DNA from: a virus
Taxonomy: Duplodnaviria > Heunggongvirae > Uroviricota > Caudoviricetes
Virus record (IMG/VR): IMGVR_UViG_2585427788_000002
Direction: 5' to 3' (one strand)
Length of the DNA: 19,824 nt
Part shown: piece after piece, positions 1 to 7,285 of the stretch
How positions within the stretch are numbered: the first letter of the stretch is position 1
Layout of the letters: every line of letters begins with the position of its first letter
Notes under the pieces: generated by a model
Databases searched by the model: none
The model's input: only the letters and a program-made list of their open reading frames with translations
What the model was told of the DNA's origin: nothing
Position numbers and translations under genes: made by a program

Positions 1-13
1 CATTGGAGAGCAG

Positions 14-379
14 ATGATTGATGTCTTAGGACCGGAGAAACGCAGACGGCGTACTACACAGGAAAAGATCGCTATTGTTCAGCAGAGTTTTGAACCGGGA
101 ATGACGGTCTCCCTTGTTGCCCGGCAACACGGTGTGGCAGCCAGCCAGCTATTTCTCTGGCGCAAGCAATACCAGGAGGGAAGTCTTACTGCTGTGGCCG
201 CAGGAGAACAGGTCGTTCCTGCCTCTGAACTTGCTGCCGCCATGAAGCAGATTAAAGAACTCCAGCGCCTGCTCGGCAAAAAAACGATGGAAAATGAACT
301 CCTTAAAGAAGCCGTTGAATACGGGCGTGCAAAAAAGTGGATAGCGCACGCGCCCTTATTGCCCGGGGATGGGGAGTAA
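14..379 (+). CDS. insC: IS2 transposase OrfA (InsC), DNA-binding subunit
   Basis: 121-aa translation [41 protein letters not shown]... recognised as IS2 InsC (HTH, leucine-zipper-like C-terminus). Confidence 0.9.
331..337 (+). other. Programmed -1 ribosomal frameshift site A_AAA_AAG (IS2 OrfA to OrfB)
   Basis: Heptamer A AAA AAG sits in the insC zero frame (codons 332-334 AAA, 335-337 AAG), inside the insC/insD overlap. This is the classic IS3-family slippery motif. Confidence 0.7.
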
Positions 380-1242
380 GCTTAGTCAGCCGTTGTCTCC
401 GGGTGTCGCGTGCGCAGTTGCACGTAATTCTCAGACGAACCGATGACTGGAAAGATGGTCGCCGCAGCCGTCACTCAGATGATACGGATGTGCTTCTCCG
501 TATACACCATGTTATCGGAGAGCTGCCCACGTATGGTTATCGTCGGGTATGGGCGCTGCTTCGCAGACAGGCCGAACTTGATGGTATGCCTGCGATCAAT
601 GCCAAACGTGTTTACCGGATCATGCGCCAGAATGCGCTGTTGCTTGAGCGAAAAACCGCTGTACCGCCATCGAAACGGGCACATACTGGCAAAGTGGCCG
701 TGAAAGAAAGCAATCAACGATGGTGCTCTGACGGGTTCGAGTTCCGCTGTGATAACGGAGAAAAACTGCGAGTCACGTTCGCGCTGGACTGCTGTGACCG
801 TGAGGCACTGCACTGGGCAGTCACTACGGGCGGCTTCGACAGTGAAACAGTACAGGACGTCATGCTGGGAGCGGTGGAACGCCGCTTCGGCAACGAGCTT
901 CCGGCGTCTCCAGTAGAGTGGCTGACGGATAATGGTTCATGCTACCGGGCTAATGAAACGCGGCAGTTTGCCCGGATGTTGGGGCTTGAACCGAAGAACA
1001 CGGCGGTGCGGAGTCCGGAGAGTAACGGCATAGCAGAGAGCTTCGTGAAAACGATAAAGCGTGACTACATCAGTATCATGCCTAAACCAGACGGGTTAAC
1101 GGCAGCAAAGAACCTTGCAGAGGCGTTCGAGCATTATAACGAATGGCATCCGCATAGTGCACTGGGTTATCGCTCGCCACGGGAATATCTGCGGCAGCAG
1201 GCCAGTAATGGATTAAGTGATAACAGGTGTCTGGAAATATAG
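337..1242 (+). CDS. insD: IS2 transposase OrfB (InsD), DDE catalytic domain; normally made as an InsCD fusion by -1 frameshift
   Basis: 301-aa translation with IS3-family integrase-core motifs (...WCSDGFEF..., ...[14 protein letters not shown]...); frame is -1 relative to insC and overlaps its 3' end. Confidence 0.9.
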
Positions 1243-1675
1243 GGGCAAATCCATTCGTAGCGCATCAATTCTTACGTTGATTATTAGTGGGATTATTATC
1301 GGGTGCACTGATGCTGTATCGACAAATTATCATGACCGTACATCATATTACTCCGATAAAGCAATAGAGACACAGTATGTGAGTTCATCTGAACGTACTT
1401 CTGATGTTAGTGAGGATATCCGTCTGTATGCCCATCAAATCAAGAGCGCCATCGAAAAACAGTTCGGGGATGCGAGTAAGTATTCAGGAAAAGAGTGTAC
1501 ACTGAGAATGCATATGGCCCCGAATGGCCTTCTACTGGAGGTTAAAAGAGAAAGTGGAGACCTCGATTTATGTCGTGAAGCGATGAATGCGATAAAGAAT
1601 GCTGATATACCTGCCCCCCCTTCGCCGGAAGTATATAAAGTATTTCAAAATGGGGTGCTGGATTTTAAACCCTGA
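1217..1675 (+). CDS. Lipoprotein with C-terminal TolA-domain-III-like domain; 5' end lies at the IS2 junction, so the native start is uncertain
   Basis: Lipobox [10 protein letters not shown]|T. The C-terminal ~85 aa ([82 protein letters not shown]) aligns by eye to the TolA C-terminal domain as I remember it, including the two Cys and the terminal LDFKP. The first 12 codons (GTG at 1217) are IS2 sequence. Confidence 0.6.
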   Translation: MITGVWKYRGKSIRSASILTLIISGIIIGCTDAVSTNYHDRTSYYSDKAIETQYVSSSERTSDVSEDIRLYAHQIKSAIEKQFGDASKYSGKECTLRMHMAPNGLLLEVKRESGDLDLCREAMNAIKNADIPAPPSPEVYKVFQNGVLDFKP

Positions 1676-1825
1676 TATTTATTGTTTTGTAATAAACGGT
1701 TTCGGCTTAGGTTTGTTCTGACACAGCTACGGCACTGAGCTAAATTTAGCGGATAGTCAGCTCTGAGCCAGTGGCGGACGTAACAACTACTATTGCTGAG
1801 ATTTTAATGGATTGAGGAGCAAGAA

Positions 1826-2221
1826 GTGGGATTAAAGAAAATCGTTATGTTGACTTTTTGGGTCGGTTTTGTTGCGGGATGCACACCTTTACACCCTTCA
1901 GATTGCCACAAAACTACTGCTACAGGTAGTTGCAGTTCAGGACGCTGGGATGATCAGGATGAATGGGGGGCGCAAGCGCGGGGAATCAGAGCTGCAATTA
2001 ATGCCAAACTTGATGAGCCGCATAACTGGAAAGGGAAAAAATGCAGGTTGCATATGGAATTCTCTCAGGATGGCACGGCGTTAAAAATATCTACCAGTAA
2101 CGGTGATAAAGCCTATTGCGAAGCGATAAAGTCCGCAGCTCATAAAGCCAAATTTCCGGCCTTCAACAATCCGGAAGTCTACAGAGATTTTCAGAAATCT
2201 GGCTTTGACATGCGAGGTTAG
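1826..2221 (+). CDS. Lipoprotein, divergent paralogue of the upstream TolA-III-like protein
   Basis: GTG start 6 nt after GAGGAG (1814-1819); signal peptide plus lipobox WVGFVAGC|T; C-terminal half (KCRLHMEFSQDGTALKISTSNGDKAYCEAIKSAAHKAKFPAFNNPEVYRDFQ) shares the Cys...Cys...PEVY..F pattern with the upstream gene. Confidence 0.65.
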   Translation: MGLKKIVMLTFWVGFVAGCTPLHPSDCHKTTATGSCSSGRWDDQDEWGAQARGIRAAINAKLDEPHNWKGKKCRLHMEFSQDGTALKISTSNGDKAYCEAIKSAAHKAKFPAFNNPEVYRDFQKSGFDMRG

Positions 2222-2346
2222 CTCTTCAATTACTATATCTCATTCATAGCAAACTGACAGATTTGATGATGTTCTATATACGAAACCTGTGATGTCAAGT
2301 CTGAGCTAATACAAATAAACATAATATCAGAGAAATACATTTTATT

Positions 2347-2369
2347 AGCTCGCTACGGCGAGCTTTTTA
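2347..2369 (+). terminator. Rho-independent terminator; candidate tR'-like late-region terminator or terminator of the lipoprotein transcript
   Basis: Perfect 7-bp stem AGCTCGC/GCGAGCT with TACG loop followed by TTTTTAT, about 100 bp upstream of the holin start. Confidence 0.55.
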
Positions 2370-2472
2370 TATTGCATCGTCTCCAGCATATATATCAATT
2401 AAGGCTCTGATTGATGTGTCTGAAAGCCTACACATAATAACTATGCCATCCGTTCCGTGCGGAGGTGAGGCT

Positions 2473-2688
2473 ATGAAATCCATGGACAAAATTTCAACAG
2501 GCATTGCCTACGGCACCTCCGCAGGCAGTGCTGGCTACTGGTTTTTACAGTTGCTCGATAGAGTAACTCCGTCACAGTGGGCTGCAATCGGTGTGCTGGG
2601 TAGTCTGGTATTTGGCCTGCTGACGTACCTGACAAACCTTTATTTCAAGATTAAAGAAGATAAGCGCAAGGCTGCGAGAGGTGAATAA
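2473..2688 (+). CDS. Class II pinholin, phage 21 S family, with dual-start (antiholin/holin) motif
   Basis: Strong RBS GGAGGTGAGG (2461-2470). N-terminus M-K-S-M-D-K gives two in-frame starts (2473 and 2482) as in the phage 21 S gene; two predicted TM helices; charged C-terminus [11 protein letters not shown]; stop overlaps the endolysin start (TAATG). Confidence 0.85.
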   Translation: MKSMDKISTGIAYGTSAGSAGYWFLQLLDRVTPSQWAAIGVLGSLVFGLLTYLTNLYFKIKEDKRKAARGE

Positions 2689-3185
2689 TGCCTCCATCAT
2701 TACGAAAAGTCGTTGCTGCTGCTATTGGTGGCGGAGCAATTGCTATAGCATCAGTGTTAATCACTGGCCCAAGTGGTAACGATGGTCTGGAAGGTGTCAG
2801 CTACATACCATACAAAGATATTGTTGGTGTATGGACTGTATGTCACGGGCATACAGGAAAAGACATCATGCTCGGTAAAACGTATACCAAAGCAGAATGC
2901 AAAGCCCTCCTGAATAAAGACCTTGCCACGGTCGCCAGACAAATTAACCCGTACATCAAAGTCGATATACCGGAAACAACGCGCGGCGCTCTTTACTCAT
3001 TCGTTTACAACGTGGGTGCTGGCAATTTCAGAACATCGACGCTTCTTCGCAAAATAAACCAGGGCGATATCAAAGGCGCATGTGATCAGCTACGTCGCTG
3101 GACATATGCTGGCGGTAAGCAATGGAAAGGTCTCATGACTCGTCGTGAGATTGAGCGTGAAATCTGTTTGTGGGGTCAGCAATGA
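2688..3185 (+). CDS. SAR endolysin (signal-anchor-release lysozyme, phage 21 R / T4-lysozyme family)
   Basis: N-terminal Gly/Ala-rich weak TM segment ([18 protein letters not shown]) followed by a lysozyme-type E-x8-D-x5-T catalytic spacing ([17 protein letters not shown]); directly downstream of the pinholin. Confidence 0.9.
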   Translation: MPPSLRKVVAAAIGGGAIAIASVLITGPSGNDGLEGVSYIPYKDIVGVWTVCHGHTGKDIMLGKTYTKAECKALLNKDLATVARQINPYIKVDIPETTRGALYSFVYNVGAGNFRTSTLLRKINQGDIKGACDQLRRWTYAGGKQWKGLMTRREIEREICLWGQQ

Positions 3186-3646
3186 ACAGAGTAACCGCGA
3201 TTATCTCCGCTCTGGTTATCTGCATCGTCGTCTGCCTGTCATGGGGTGTTAATCATTACCGTGATAACGCCATCGCCTACAAAGAACAGCGCGACAAAAA
3301 TGCCAGAGAACTGAAGCTGGCGAACGCGGCAATTACTGACATGCAGATGCGTCAGCGTGATGTTGCTGCGCTCGATGCAAAATACACGAAGGAGTTAGCT
3401 GATGCGAAAGCTGAAAATGATGTTCTGCGTGATGATGTTGCCGCTGGTCGTCGTCGGTTGCACATCAAAGCAGTCTGTCAGTCAGTGCGTGAAGCCACCA
3501 CCGCCTCCGGCGTGGATAATGCAGCCTCCCCCCGACTGGCAGACACCGCTGAACGGGATTATTTCACCCTCCGGGAACGACTGGTAATGATGCAGGCCCA
3601 ACTTGAAGGTGCTCAGCAATACATAACCGAGCAGTGTTTAAAGTAA
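3182..3646 (+). CDS. Rz: Rz inner-membrane spanin (i-spanin)
   Basis: ATGA overlap with the endolysin stop; N-terminal TM helix ([16 protein letters not shown]) then a coiled-coil-type periplasmic domain; Rz1 is embedded in its +1 frame. Confidence 0.8.
   Translation: MNRVTAIISALVICIVVCLSWGVNHYRDNAIAYKEQRDKNARELKLANAAITDMQMRQRDVAALDAKYTKELADAKAENDVLRDDVAAGRRRLHIKAVCQSVREATTASGVDNAASPRLADTAERDYFTLRERLVMMQAQLEGAQQYITEQCLK
3402..3587 (+). CDS. Rz1: Rz1 outer-membrane lipoprotein spanin (o-spanin), embedded in the +1 frame of Rz
   Basis: 61-aa ORF wholly inside Rz in another frame; lipobox LVVVGC|T; proline-rich mature region ([18 protein letters not shown]) typical of Rz1. Confidence 0.8.
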   Translation: MRKLKMMFCVMMLPLVVVGCTSKQSVSQCVKPPPPPAWIMQPPPDWQTPLNGIISPSGNDW

Positions 3647-3783
3647 AATCTTAACTACAATATGATTCATTTTGATGATTGTTTCATAAGGAACAGTGAA
3701 GTAAGATCTAAGAGGAGTTAAATTTTATACAGTATAATCATAATATTGCAGCAAGGTGGTTATAATTGAAAGAATATTTAGAT

Positions 3784-5241
3784 ATGAATACATCTCATGT
3801 AAGAGTTGTTACTCATATGTGTGGGTTCCTGGTTTGGCTCTATAGTCTTTCAATGTTGCCACCAATGGTTGTAGCATTGTTTTATAAAGAAAAAAGCCTG
3901 TTCGTTTTCTTTATAACTTTCGTTATATTTTTTTGCATTGGTGGCGGAGCGTGGTATACAACTAAGAAATCTGGCATTCAATTACGTACCCGTGATGGGT
4001 TTATTATAATTGTAATGTTTTGGATTTTGTTTTCTGTTATTAGTGCATTCCCTTTATGGATTGACTCAGAACTTAATTTAACGTTCATTGATGCTCTGTT
4101 TGAAGGGGTTTCTGGAATAACAACAACAGGAGCAACTGTAATTGATGATGTTAGTTCATTACCTCGGGCATATTTGTACTATCGGTCACAGTTAAATTTT
4201 ATAGGTGGTTTAGGAGTTATTGTTCTGGCGGTTGCTGTATTGCCATTATTGGGTATTGGTGGTGCAAAGCTTTATCAGTCAGAAATGCCGGGGCCATTTA
4301 AGGATGACAAACTCACTCCCCGCCTGGCCGATACGTCACGGACACTGTGGATAACTTATTCTTTATTAGGTATTGCTTGTATTGTCTGTTATAGACTTGC
4401 AGGAATGCCTTTGTTTGATGCTATTTGTCACGGGATTTCCACAGTTTCGCTTGGTGGTTTCTCAACTCATAGCGAGAGTATCGGATATTTTAATAACTAT
4501 TTGGTTGAGCTGGTGGCTGGTTCTTTTTCCCTGCTATCGGCTTTCAACTTCACTCTTTGGTATATTGTTATTAGCAGGAAAACGATAAAACCTTTAATCA
4601 GAGATATTGAACTTCGTTTCTTTCTGTTAATAGCCTTAGGGGTGATCATTGTTACCTCTTTCCAGGTCTGGCATATAGGTATGTATGACTTGCATGGAAG
4701 TTTTATTCATTCGTTTTTTCTTGCCAGCTCCATGCTCACTGATAATGGTTTAGCTACGCAGGATTATGCAAGTTGGCCCACGCACACGATAGTGTTTTTG
4801 CTGTTGTCAAGTTTCTTTGGGGGATGTATAGGTTCAACTTGTGGTGGAATTAAGTCACTTCGATTTCTTATACTTTTCAAACAAAGCAAACACGAGATAA
4901 ATCAGCTTTCTCATCCCAGAGCGTTGTTGAGTGTAAATGTAGGAGGGAAGATAGTTACAGATCGTGTAATGAGGTCTGTATGGAGTTTCTTTTTTCTTTA
5001 TACTCTCTTCACGGTGTTTTTTATACTGGTGTTAAATGGTATGGGATATGATTTTCTTACATCATTTGCAACAGTGGCTGCATGTATTAATAATATGGGA
5101 TTAGGTTTTGGGGCTACTGCATCGTCATTCGGAGTGCTTAATGACATTGCAAAATGTTTAATGTGCATAGCTATGATTCTTGGTCGCCTTGAAATTTATC
5201 CTGTTATTATATTGTTTTCAGGTTTTTTTTGGCGCTCCTAA
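3784..5241 (+). CDS. trkG: TrkG, Trk-system K+ uptake membrane protein (Rac-prophage moron)
   Basis: Translation matches E. coli TrkG (from memory) along its length: multi-pass membrane protein with TrkH-family motifs. The gene is far more AT-rich than flanking phage DNA. Start placed at ATG 3784 (MNTSHVRVV...) rather than the upstream TTG at 3766. Confidence 0.9.
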   Translation: MNTSHVRVVTHMCGFLVWLYSLSMLPPMVVALFYKEKSLFVFFITFVIFFCIGGGAWYTTKKSGIQLRTRDGFIIIVMFWILFSVISAFPLWIDSELNLTFIDALFEGVSGITTTGATVIDDVSSLPRAYLYYRSQLNFIGGLGVIVLAVAVLPLLGIGGAKLYQSEMPGPFKDDKLTPRLADTSRTLWITYSLLGIACIVCYRLAGMPLFDAICHGISTVSLGGFSTHSESIGYFNNYLVELVAGSFSLLSAFNFTLWYIVISRKTIKPLIRDIELRFFLLIALGVIIVTSFQVWHIGMYDLHGSFIHSFFLASSMLTDNGLATQDYASWPTHTIVFLLLSSFFGGCIGSTCGGIKSLRFLILFKQSKHEINQLSHPRALLSVNVGGKIVTDRVMRSVWSFFFLYTLFTVFFILVLNGMGYDFLTSFATVAACINNMGLGFGATASSFGVLNDIAKCLMCIAMILGRLEIYPVIILFSGFFWRS

Positions 5242-5327
5242 TATATGGCTGATTTATAATTGTGAGTTTAATATTATGTTGACTCACTCATTGATCCAAT
5301 ACCTAACTTTACCAGCAACCCCTCCGT

Positions 5328-5359
5328 CCCCAGTAGCACTGGCTGCTGGGGTGCGTTTT
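5328..5359 (+). terminator. Rho-independent terminator downstream of trkG
   Basis: 10-bp stem CCCCAGTAGC/GCTGCTGGGG (one G-U pair) with ACTG loop (5328-5351), then TGCGTTTTATT. Confidence 0.5.
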
Positions 5360-5378
5360 ATTCATAAAGCAAGGCTGT

Positions 5379-6170
5379 ATGAGCGAGAAATTAAAGATAG
5401 TCTATCGCCCATTACAAGAATTGTCACCGTATGCGCACAACGCCAGGACGCACAGCCCTGAGCAGGTGGCACAACTGGTAGAAAGTATTAAGCAATTCGG
5501 CTGGACTAATCCGGTGCTGATTGACGAAAAGGGCGAAATTATTGCGGGTCACGGTCGTGTTATGGCGGCTGAAATGCTCAAAATGGATTCTGTTCCGGTC
5601 ATTGTTCTGTCTGGCCTGACGGATGAGCAGAAAAAGGCGTACCGCCTGGCAGATAATCGCCTGCCGATGAATGCTGGCTGGGATGAAGATCTGTTGCGGA
5701 TGGAGCTGTCGGACCTAATCAATGCTGATTTTGATGTCTCCCTGACAGGCTTCATCCCGACAGAAATTGATGAACTGTTGACGGATGTTTTGCCCGGTAC
5801 AGGAAATGAGGAGGAGCCGTATACGACGAAAATTGATACGCCTGTTTATGAGCCGTCGGGCGGTAAACCGGATATCAGTGAACTGTACGACGATACGAAA
5901 ACTCAGGAGCTGATCAGCCGGATACGTTCGGCGTCCCTTGAGCCTGATATTGAGAAATTCCTCCTGTGTGCGGCAGAACGTCACACGGTGTTTAATTTCA
6001 GCAGAATTGCGGACTATTACGCTCACGCCCCCTCTGAAATTCAGTGTTTTTTCGAGGAGTCGGCGCTGGTGATCATTGATTATCAGCAGGCTATTGAAAA
6101 TGGATTTGTCCGGATGACGCAGCGCATGGTGGAGATCATGCATGGTGGTGAGGAGGAGGAATATGCGTGA
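5379..6170 (+). CDS. ParB-like nuclease (ParB/Srx) domain protein
   Basis: The N-terminal ~110 aa (KIVYRPLQELSPYAHNARTHSPEQV...GEIIAGHGRVMAAEMLKMDSVPVIVL...RLADNRLPMNAGWDEDLL) has the ParB N-terminal domain signature seen at the N-terminus of many phage ParB-methyltransferase fusions. The C-terminal ~130 aa is unrecognised and ends in an acidic tail GGEEEEYA. Confidence 0.75.
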   Translation: MSEKLKIVYRPLQELSPYAHNARTHSPEQVAQLVESIKQFGWTNPVLIDEKGEIIAGHGRVMAAEMLKMDSVPVIVLSGLTDEQKKAYRLADNRLPMNAGWDEDLLRMELSDLINADFDVSLTGFIPTEIDELLTDVLPGTGNEEEPYTTKIDTPVYEPSGGKPDISELYDDTKTQELISRIRSASLEPDIEKFLLCAAERHTVFNFSRIADYYAHAPSEIQCFFEESALVIIDYQQAIENGFVRMTQRMVEIMHGGEEEEYA

Positions 6171-7095
6171 TGATTTTTGCGCCTTTATTCTGACTCACGG
6201 GCGACCGGACAAAGTTCTGACTTACCGGACGTTGCGTCGTGCTGGCTATACCGGGAAAATTTTTATCGTTGTTGATGATGAAGATAAGACACGAAATCAG
6301 TACATGGCTGAATTTGGTGAACAGGTGCTGGTGTTTTCCAAAGCCGATATCGCCAGTCGTTTTGACGAAGCCGATAATTTCTGTGACCGCCGCTCAATTT
6401 TTTACGCCCGTAATGCCTGTTTCGACCTGGCAAAACTGGTCGGGTGTAAATACTTCATTCAGCTCGATGATGATTATCACGAGTTCCAGTTTCGGGTGGA
6501 TCGCAACTATGACCAGGCCTATTTTCCGATAAGGAAACTGGATGCGATCCTTTCTGAAATGCTGGCGTACTACGAATCAATACCTGCTCTTTCCATCGCT
6601 ATGTCGCAGGGCGGGGATTTTCTTGGTGACAATGGCGGCCATGCTTCGTGGGTGAAACGCAAGGCAATGAACAGCTTTATCTGTTCGGTTGATCGACCGT
6701 TCTCATTCATGGGGCGCATTAACGAGGATGTGAATACGTACACGAATCTCGGTCGCTGTGGTGAATTGTTTATGACGATCGGTGCTGTCCAGTTAGGGCA
6801 GAAACAGACGCAGAAAAACAGCGGCGGAATGACCGAGCTGTATCTGGATTCCGGAACCTACGTTAAAAGTTTTTACTCCGTCATGTATGCGCCGTCGTGC
6901 GTAAAAATCTCACTGATGGGTGCCAGCCATAAACGCATTCACCATCAGGTCACCTGGAACAACGCTGCAGTAAAAATCCTTCACGAAAAATACAGGAAGA
7001 AGACACCCTGCATATCAATGGGGGTGACAAATGATTCCGTATTCGAAAGTCGAGTCTCTGGCAGCGTGCCGGATGACTGCACAACAAATCGCTGA
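6163..7095 (+). CDS. Hypothetical protein with DxD-type motifs (possible GT-A-like nucleotide-sugar transferase fold), translationally coupled to the ParB-like gene
   Basis: ATG 6163 about 6 nt after AGGAGG (6151-6156), overlapping the ParB-like stop. Contains IFIVVDDEDK and FIQLDDDYHE acidic motifs spaced as in GT-A folds; no methyltransferase motifs seen. The fold assignment is a guess. Confidence 0.5.
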   Translation: MRDDFCAFILTHGRPDKVLTYRTLRRAGYTGKIFIVVDDEDKTRNQYMAEFGEQVLVFSKADIASRFDEADNFCDRRSIFYARNACFDLAKLVGCKYFIQLDDDYHEFQFRVDRNYDQAYFPIRKLDAILSEMLAYYESIPALSIAMSQGGDFLGDNGGHASWVKRKAMNSFICSVDRPFSFMGRINEDVNTYTNLGRCGELFMTIGAVQLGQKQTQKNSGGMTELYLDSGTYVKSFYSVMYAPSCVKISLMGASHKRIHHQVTWNNAAVKILHEKYRKKTPCISMGVTNDSVFESRVSGSVPDDCTTNR

Positions 7096-7282
7096 CGTTC
7101 TGGATGTTGATCTGAACCGACTGAAAGAAAATCGGGAAGCAATGACAGATTTTTATGCGGCCATCCGTAAGGGCAGAGCGAAAGGTGAAGCCGAGTTACG
7201 AGCGGCATTGTTTAAGCTTGCCAGAAAAGGGGATGCCTTTGCTCTGCGCGAACTACTCAGGGTGGATAAAAATCAGGACTAA
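7031..7282 (+). CDS. Small hypothetical protein with HTH-like segment (MTAQQIADVLDVD); start uncertain (7031 or 7073)
   Basis: 83-aa ORF just upstream of terS; possible DNA-binding or packaging accessory protein; no confident family match by eye. Confidence 0.4.
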   Translation: MIPYSKVESLAACRMTAQQIADVLDVDLNRLKENREAMTDFYAAIRKGRAKGEAELRAALFKLARKGDAFALRELLRVDKNQD

Positions 7283-7285
7283 CTG

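Larger units (their letters stand above)
1..1253 (+). mobile_element. IS2 insertion sequence (IS3 family), 5'-truncated by the window edge
   Basis: Both ORFs translate to the recognisable IS2 OrfA/OrfB pair; A_AAA_AAG slippery heptamer in their overlap; right terminus ...GGAAATATAGGGGCAAATCCA ends at about 1253. Left IR is upstream of the window, so the target duplication cannot be checked. Confidence 0.9.

Noticed and set aside
443-813. ORFs 443-703 (+) and 475-813 (-) inside IS2
   Set aside because: They lie in alternative frames or antisense within the well-defined insD transposase gene and have no independent start signals; taken as frame artefacts.
1869-2084. 71-aa + strand ORF nested in the second lipoprotein gene
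   Set aside because: Out-of-frame overlap with a gene that has a clear RBS, signal peptide and lipobox; no features of its own.
1217-2221. Possibility that the two small lipoproteins are colicin-type lysis or Bor-like proteins
   Set aside because: They are longer than colicin lysis lipoproteins (about 30-50 aa) and their C-terminal domains resemble TolA domain III rather than Bor or Cor as I remember them; kept as TolA-III-like lipoproteins.
3766-3783. Upstream TTG start extending trkG by 6 codons (MKEYLD)
   Set aside because: The in-frame ATG at 3784 gives the N-terminus MNTSHVRVV that I recall for TrkG; the TTG extension has no RBS support.
5715-6143. 142-aa minus-strand ORF antisense to the ParB-like gene; likewise 9839-10327 (-), 10331-10603 (-), 12725-13087 (-), 16126-16377 (-) and 18464-18811 (-)
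   Set aside because: All are fully antisense to long + strand genes with strong coding character and operon-style overlaps; none has a convincing start context.
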